Source: Candidatus Subterrananammoxibius californiae
GTDB taxonomy: Bacteria; Planctomycetota; Brocadiia; Brocadiales; Subterrananammoxibiaceae
Direction of reading: 5' to 3'
Length of the DNA stretch: 54,076 bases
NCBI GenBank assembly: GCA_030586555.1
Contig: JAURAC010000009.1
Location: 1,915 to 55,990 of the forward strand
The notes under the pieces: generated by a model
Seen by the model: the letters and a program-made list of their open reading frames with translations, nothing else
Databases searched by the model: none
Told to the model about the DNA's origin: nothing
Position numbers and translations under genes: made by a program
Part shown: positions 51,024-54,076 of the stretch, one piece after another
Numbering within the stretch: the stretch's first letter is position 1
Layout: each line of letters starts with the position of its first letter

Positions 51024-51949
51024 AACTTCAAAAAAGAAAGGGAACTAAAACAAGCTCTTTTGGTTCTCCGGGGAGAATTGGTCACGACTCCACCCCCTTT
51101 TACACAAGCAGATTGTATGAAGGGCTGCGTAAAGAGGAAAAGGTCGAATATATAGAAAACCCGATTTCCTCCGAGTGCCTGGATAAAATTCTTTGCAAGT
51201 CAAGTGAAAAGATGGAAGAACTGCCAGATAACAGTGTGCATCTAATGGTAACGTCACCGCCGTATAACGTGGGCAAAGAATACGATGGAAACCTGACGCT
51301 GAGTGAATACCGTGCCTTTTTAAAAAGGGTATGGGGCGAGGTTAAAAGAGTGCTTGTTCCTGGTGGAAGGGTGTGCATCAATATTGCTAATCTTGGAAGA
51401 AAACCGTATATCCCACTGCATACCTACATCGTTGAGGATATGCTTGATTTGGGATTTCTAATGAGGGGTGAAATAATCTGGAATAAAGCCTCAAGTGGAA
51501 GTCCCTCTACCGCATGGGGTAGCTGGCTTTCCGCCACAAATCCTACGCTCAGGGATATTCACGAATATATTTTGGTTTTCTCAAAAGGTATGTTTACAAG
51601 AGGTAATCTTAGAAGAAAGAGTACAATTTCTAAAGAAGAATTTCTTGAGTTTACTAAAAGCGTCTGGACATTTGCTGCCGAGCCAGCAACAAAAGTCGGG
51701 CATCCTGCCCCTTTCCCTGTTGAATTACCTTACAGACTGATTCAGCTTTATACCTTTGAGGGTGAAGTTGTTCTTGACCCCTTTACAGGGAGCGGACAGG
51801 CGGCGATAGCGGCAATAAAAACAAACCGCCATTATGTAGGATATGATACAAGCGAAGAATACGTAAAATTGGCGAAAAAACGAATCAGGGGGTTTTCTTT
51901 TGATTTTAATGCACCTGTGTTATTTAAAATTGAAGCAACAAAAGGATGA
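51020..51949 (+). CDS. Beta-class DNA amino-methyltransferase, probably N4-cytosine
   Basis: TSPPYN (motif IV) precedes HPAPFP and DPFTGSG (motif I). Confidence 0.9.
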   Translation: MKLQKRKGTKTSSFGSPGRIGHDSTPFYTSRLYEGLRKEEKVEYIENPISSECLDKILCKSSEKMEELPDNSVHLMVTSPPYNVGKEYDGNLTLSEYRAFLKRVWGEVKRVLVPGGRVCINIANLGRKPYIPLHTYIVEDMLDLGFLMRGEIIWNKASSGSPSTAWGSWLSATNPTLRDIHEYILVFSKGMFTRGNLRRKSTISKEEFLEFTKSVWTFAAEPATKVGHPAPFPVELPYRLIQLYTFEGEVVLDPFTGSGQAAIAAIKTNRHYVGYDTSEEYVKLAKKRIRGFSFDFNAPVLFKIEATKG

Positions 51950-52044
51950 AGCTAAGAAGTTGAGAGGATAGGAGGATAGGAGGCTAAGAAGTTATGGAAA
52001 AAACCCTTAACTTCCTAACCTCCAAAGATTCTGAGGGTTGTGGC

Positions 52045-52530
52045 ATGAAAGAGATGAAAGAGCAAGTGGTTTCTCCAAAACAATTTAAAAAAGAGGTTTC
52101 GGCAATAAGCGATGGTACTGTTATTGACCATATTGACAGTAAAAGTACCTTTAAGGTGGCAAATATCCTGAGCGTTCAGAATGAGACTCAGATGGTTCTT
52201 GTTGGTATGAACCTTTCGAGCAAGCATCTCGGGAAGAAGGGTATCATCAAGATAGGTGGAAGAATCCTTACCCAGTCCGAGGTAAATAAGATAGCGCTTA
52301 TTGCGCCCGATGCAACGTTAAATATTATCAAGGACTACGAGGTGGTTAGAAAATTTAATGTCGCCATTCCAGACATAATAGAAAGCATTGTAAAATGTTT
52401 TAACCCGAACTGCGTGAGTAACCACGAAAAGATCCAGACCAAATTCCACACCATTAGCAAGACCCCCCTCAAGCTAAGATGCCACTACTGCGAAAGAACC
52501 ATGAAGGCAGAGGATATTGAATTAGTTTAA
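52045..52530 (+). CDS. pyrI: Aspartate carbamoyltransferase regulatory chain
   Basis: VSAISDGTVIDHI, KGIIKI and CFNPNC...CHYCE zinc site. Confidence 0.95.
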   Translation: MKEMKEQVVSPKQFKKEVSAISDGTVIDHIDSKSTFKVANILSVQNETQMVLVGMNLSSKHLGKKGIIKIGGRILTQSEVNKIALIAPDATLNIIKDYEVVRKFNVAIPDIIESIVKCFNPNCVSNHEKIQTKFHTISKTPLKLRCHYCERTMKAEDIELV

Positions 52531-52586
52531 TAGCTCATAGTTCATGGCTCATAGGGCTATGAGCTAAGAGCTATCAGCTATGAACC

Positions 52587-54076
52587 ATGAAATCAATTAT
52601 TGCACGTGGTATAAGGGTACATAACCTTAAAAATATTGACGTTGAAATTCCCCTGCGAGAGCTTGTTGTGATAACAGGCGTTAGCGGGTCGGGGAAGTCG
52701 AGTCTTGCATTCGATACACTTTATGCAGAGGGTCAGAGGCGATACGTAGAGACCTTTTCTGCGTATGCAAGGCAGTTCCTCGAAAGGATGGACAAGCCCG
52801 ACGTTGACCATATCGAGGGCATTCCGCCAGCCATAGCAATCCAGCAGAGAAACCCTGTAAAGAATCGCCGCTCAACCGTCGGAACAGCCACCGAAATTAA
52901 TGACTACCTGCGCCTCCTCTTCGCGCGCATTGGCGAAACCTACTGTGAAAAATGCGGTCGCTTGATAGAGAGCGACACGGTCTCAAGGGTTATGGAACAA
53001 GTCTTATCGTTACCCGAAGGAACGAAATTTCTTGTTACATTCCCAGTTAACGTTAGCCAGAAACTATCAAGTAAGATGCAGATTTCAGCCCTCAAGGAAC
53101 GTGGGCTTGTCAGGTTGATGGCAGATGGAGCAATAATTGATTTAACTACTGGTACACCGCCTGATATACGTCACTTTAAATCCGTTGCAGGTGTAGTGGA
53201 TAGACTGGTCGTGAAGGCTGACATTAAGGAAAGACTTGCAGATGCCGTTGAAATGGCATACAGGCTGGGAAATGGACAGTTGTGCATAGTTCAAATGCGG
53301 AATAAGGTAACCACCCCTCAGTCCCCTCCTTCGCAAGGAGGGGATAAAGGGGAGGTCTCTATAATTGAGGAAATGCGGTTCAGCAAGCACTTCCGTTGTG
53401 ATTATTGCAACATAGAGTATCCAGAATCTACGCCTCTACTTTTTTCCTTCAATAACCCAATAGGCGCATGTCCTAAGTGCGAAGGCTTTGGCAACATAAT
53501 CGAGATAGACATGGACCTTGTTGTGCCTGATAAAGAGAAGACCATTAATCGGGGTGCAATCGCTCCCTGGAATACACATGCTTATGAATCATTACTGAAT
53601 GAATTGCAAGAGGCGGCGCAAAAATATAATATTCCGCTCGATGTTCCTTTTAAACAGCTCAGCAAGGAGCAAATTCAGCTTATCATGGAGGGCACAAAAG
53701 ACTTCTGCGGCATAAGGGAATTCTTTGATTGGCTGGAGCAAAAGAAATATAAGATGCACGTCCGTGTATTTCTGAGTAAATATCGGGGTTATGCTGTTTG
53801 CCAGATGTGCAACGGGACGAGGCTCAATAACCACGCACGCAATGTAAAGATTAACGGGGTCAACATTGCCGATATATGCGCAATGACGGTGGAAGATGCC
53901 TCAAATTTCTTTTCCGCCTCAGGCGGATTAACGTTGACGAAATATAAAGAGGAGCTCTCCAGCCTGTTGTTAAATGAGATAAGAAAGAGGCTGGACTACA
54001 TGGTCAAAATCGGCCTGGGATACATTACCCTTGACCGCCTTACACGCACACTTTCTGGTGGGGAGGCGCAGAGGGT
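52587..54076 (+). CDS. uvrA: Excinuclease ABC subunit A, partial (runs off the window)
   Basis: Hand translation: [46 protein letters not shown] and TLSGGEAQR. Not in the ORF track. Confidence 0.95.
   Translation, partial: MKSIIARGIRVHNLKNIDVEIPLRELVVITGVSGSGKSSLAFDTLYAEGQRRYVETFSAYARQFLERMDKPDVDHIEGIPPAIAIQQRNPVKNRRSTVGTATEINDYLRLLFARIGETYCEKCGRLIESDTVSRVMEQVLSLPEGTKFLVTFPVNVSQKLSSKMQISALKERGLVRLMADGAIIDLTTGTPPDIRHFKSVAGVVDRLVVKADIKERLADAVEMAYRLGNGQLCIVQMRNKVTTPQSPPSQGGDKGEVSIIEEMRFSKHFRCDYCNIEYPESTPLLFSFNNPIGACPKCEGFGNIIEIDMDLVVPDKEKTINRGAIAPWNTHAYESLLNELQEAAQKYNIPLDVPFKQLSKEQIQLIMEGTKDFCGIREFFDWLEQKKYKMHVRVFLSKYRGYAVCQMCNGTRLNNHARNVKINGVNIADICAMTVEDASNFFSASGGLTLTKYKEELSSLLLNEIRKRLDYMVKIGLGYITLDRLTRTLSGGEAQR

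Overview
A 54 kb bacterial chromosome segment. It is probably Planctomycetota and possibly Brocadiia-like, inferred from the groEL-groES-groEL order, the zinc-ribbon LepB, DUF1573/DUF362 proteins and a multiheme cytochrome. Housekeeping content: trpF, mazG, cdd, surE, HU/IHF, tRNA-Asp, tRNA-Val, lptB, lepB, lepA, guaA, groESL, tatA, two RluA/RluD synthases, apgM, pyrB/pyrI and a partial uvrA. Accessory content: four toxin-antitoxin pairs, a ThaI-like restriction-modification cassette splitting pyrB from pyrI, a REP-associated tyrosine transposase (RAYT), and several secreted proteins of unknown function. Two observations stand out. (1) An 11-gene complex I operon (nuoABCDHIJKLMN) has no nuoEFG, and its NuoI carries an entire GltD/NfnB-like FAD/NAD(P)H oxidoreductase inserted between the N-terminal segment and the 2x[4Fe-4S] domain, a candidate built-in NADPH module. 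(2) At least six families of short palindromic or tandem repeats occur both between genes and in-frame inside conserved proteins (UvrA, GuaA, ApgM, RluA, NuoJ, aminopeptidase, DUF362, pseudopilin), and one family clusters around the RAYT. Three CDSs missing from the ORF track were read by hand: a cytochrome with at least 13 hemes, a 35-aa bL37-like ribosomal protein, and uvrA. All family assignments come from motif recognition, with no database searches.
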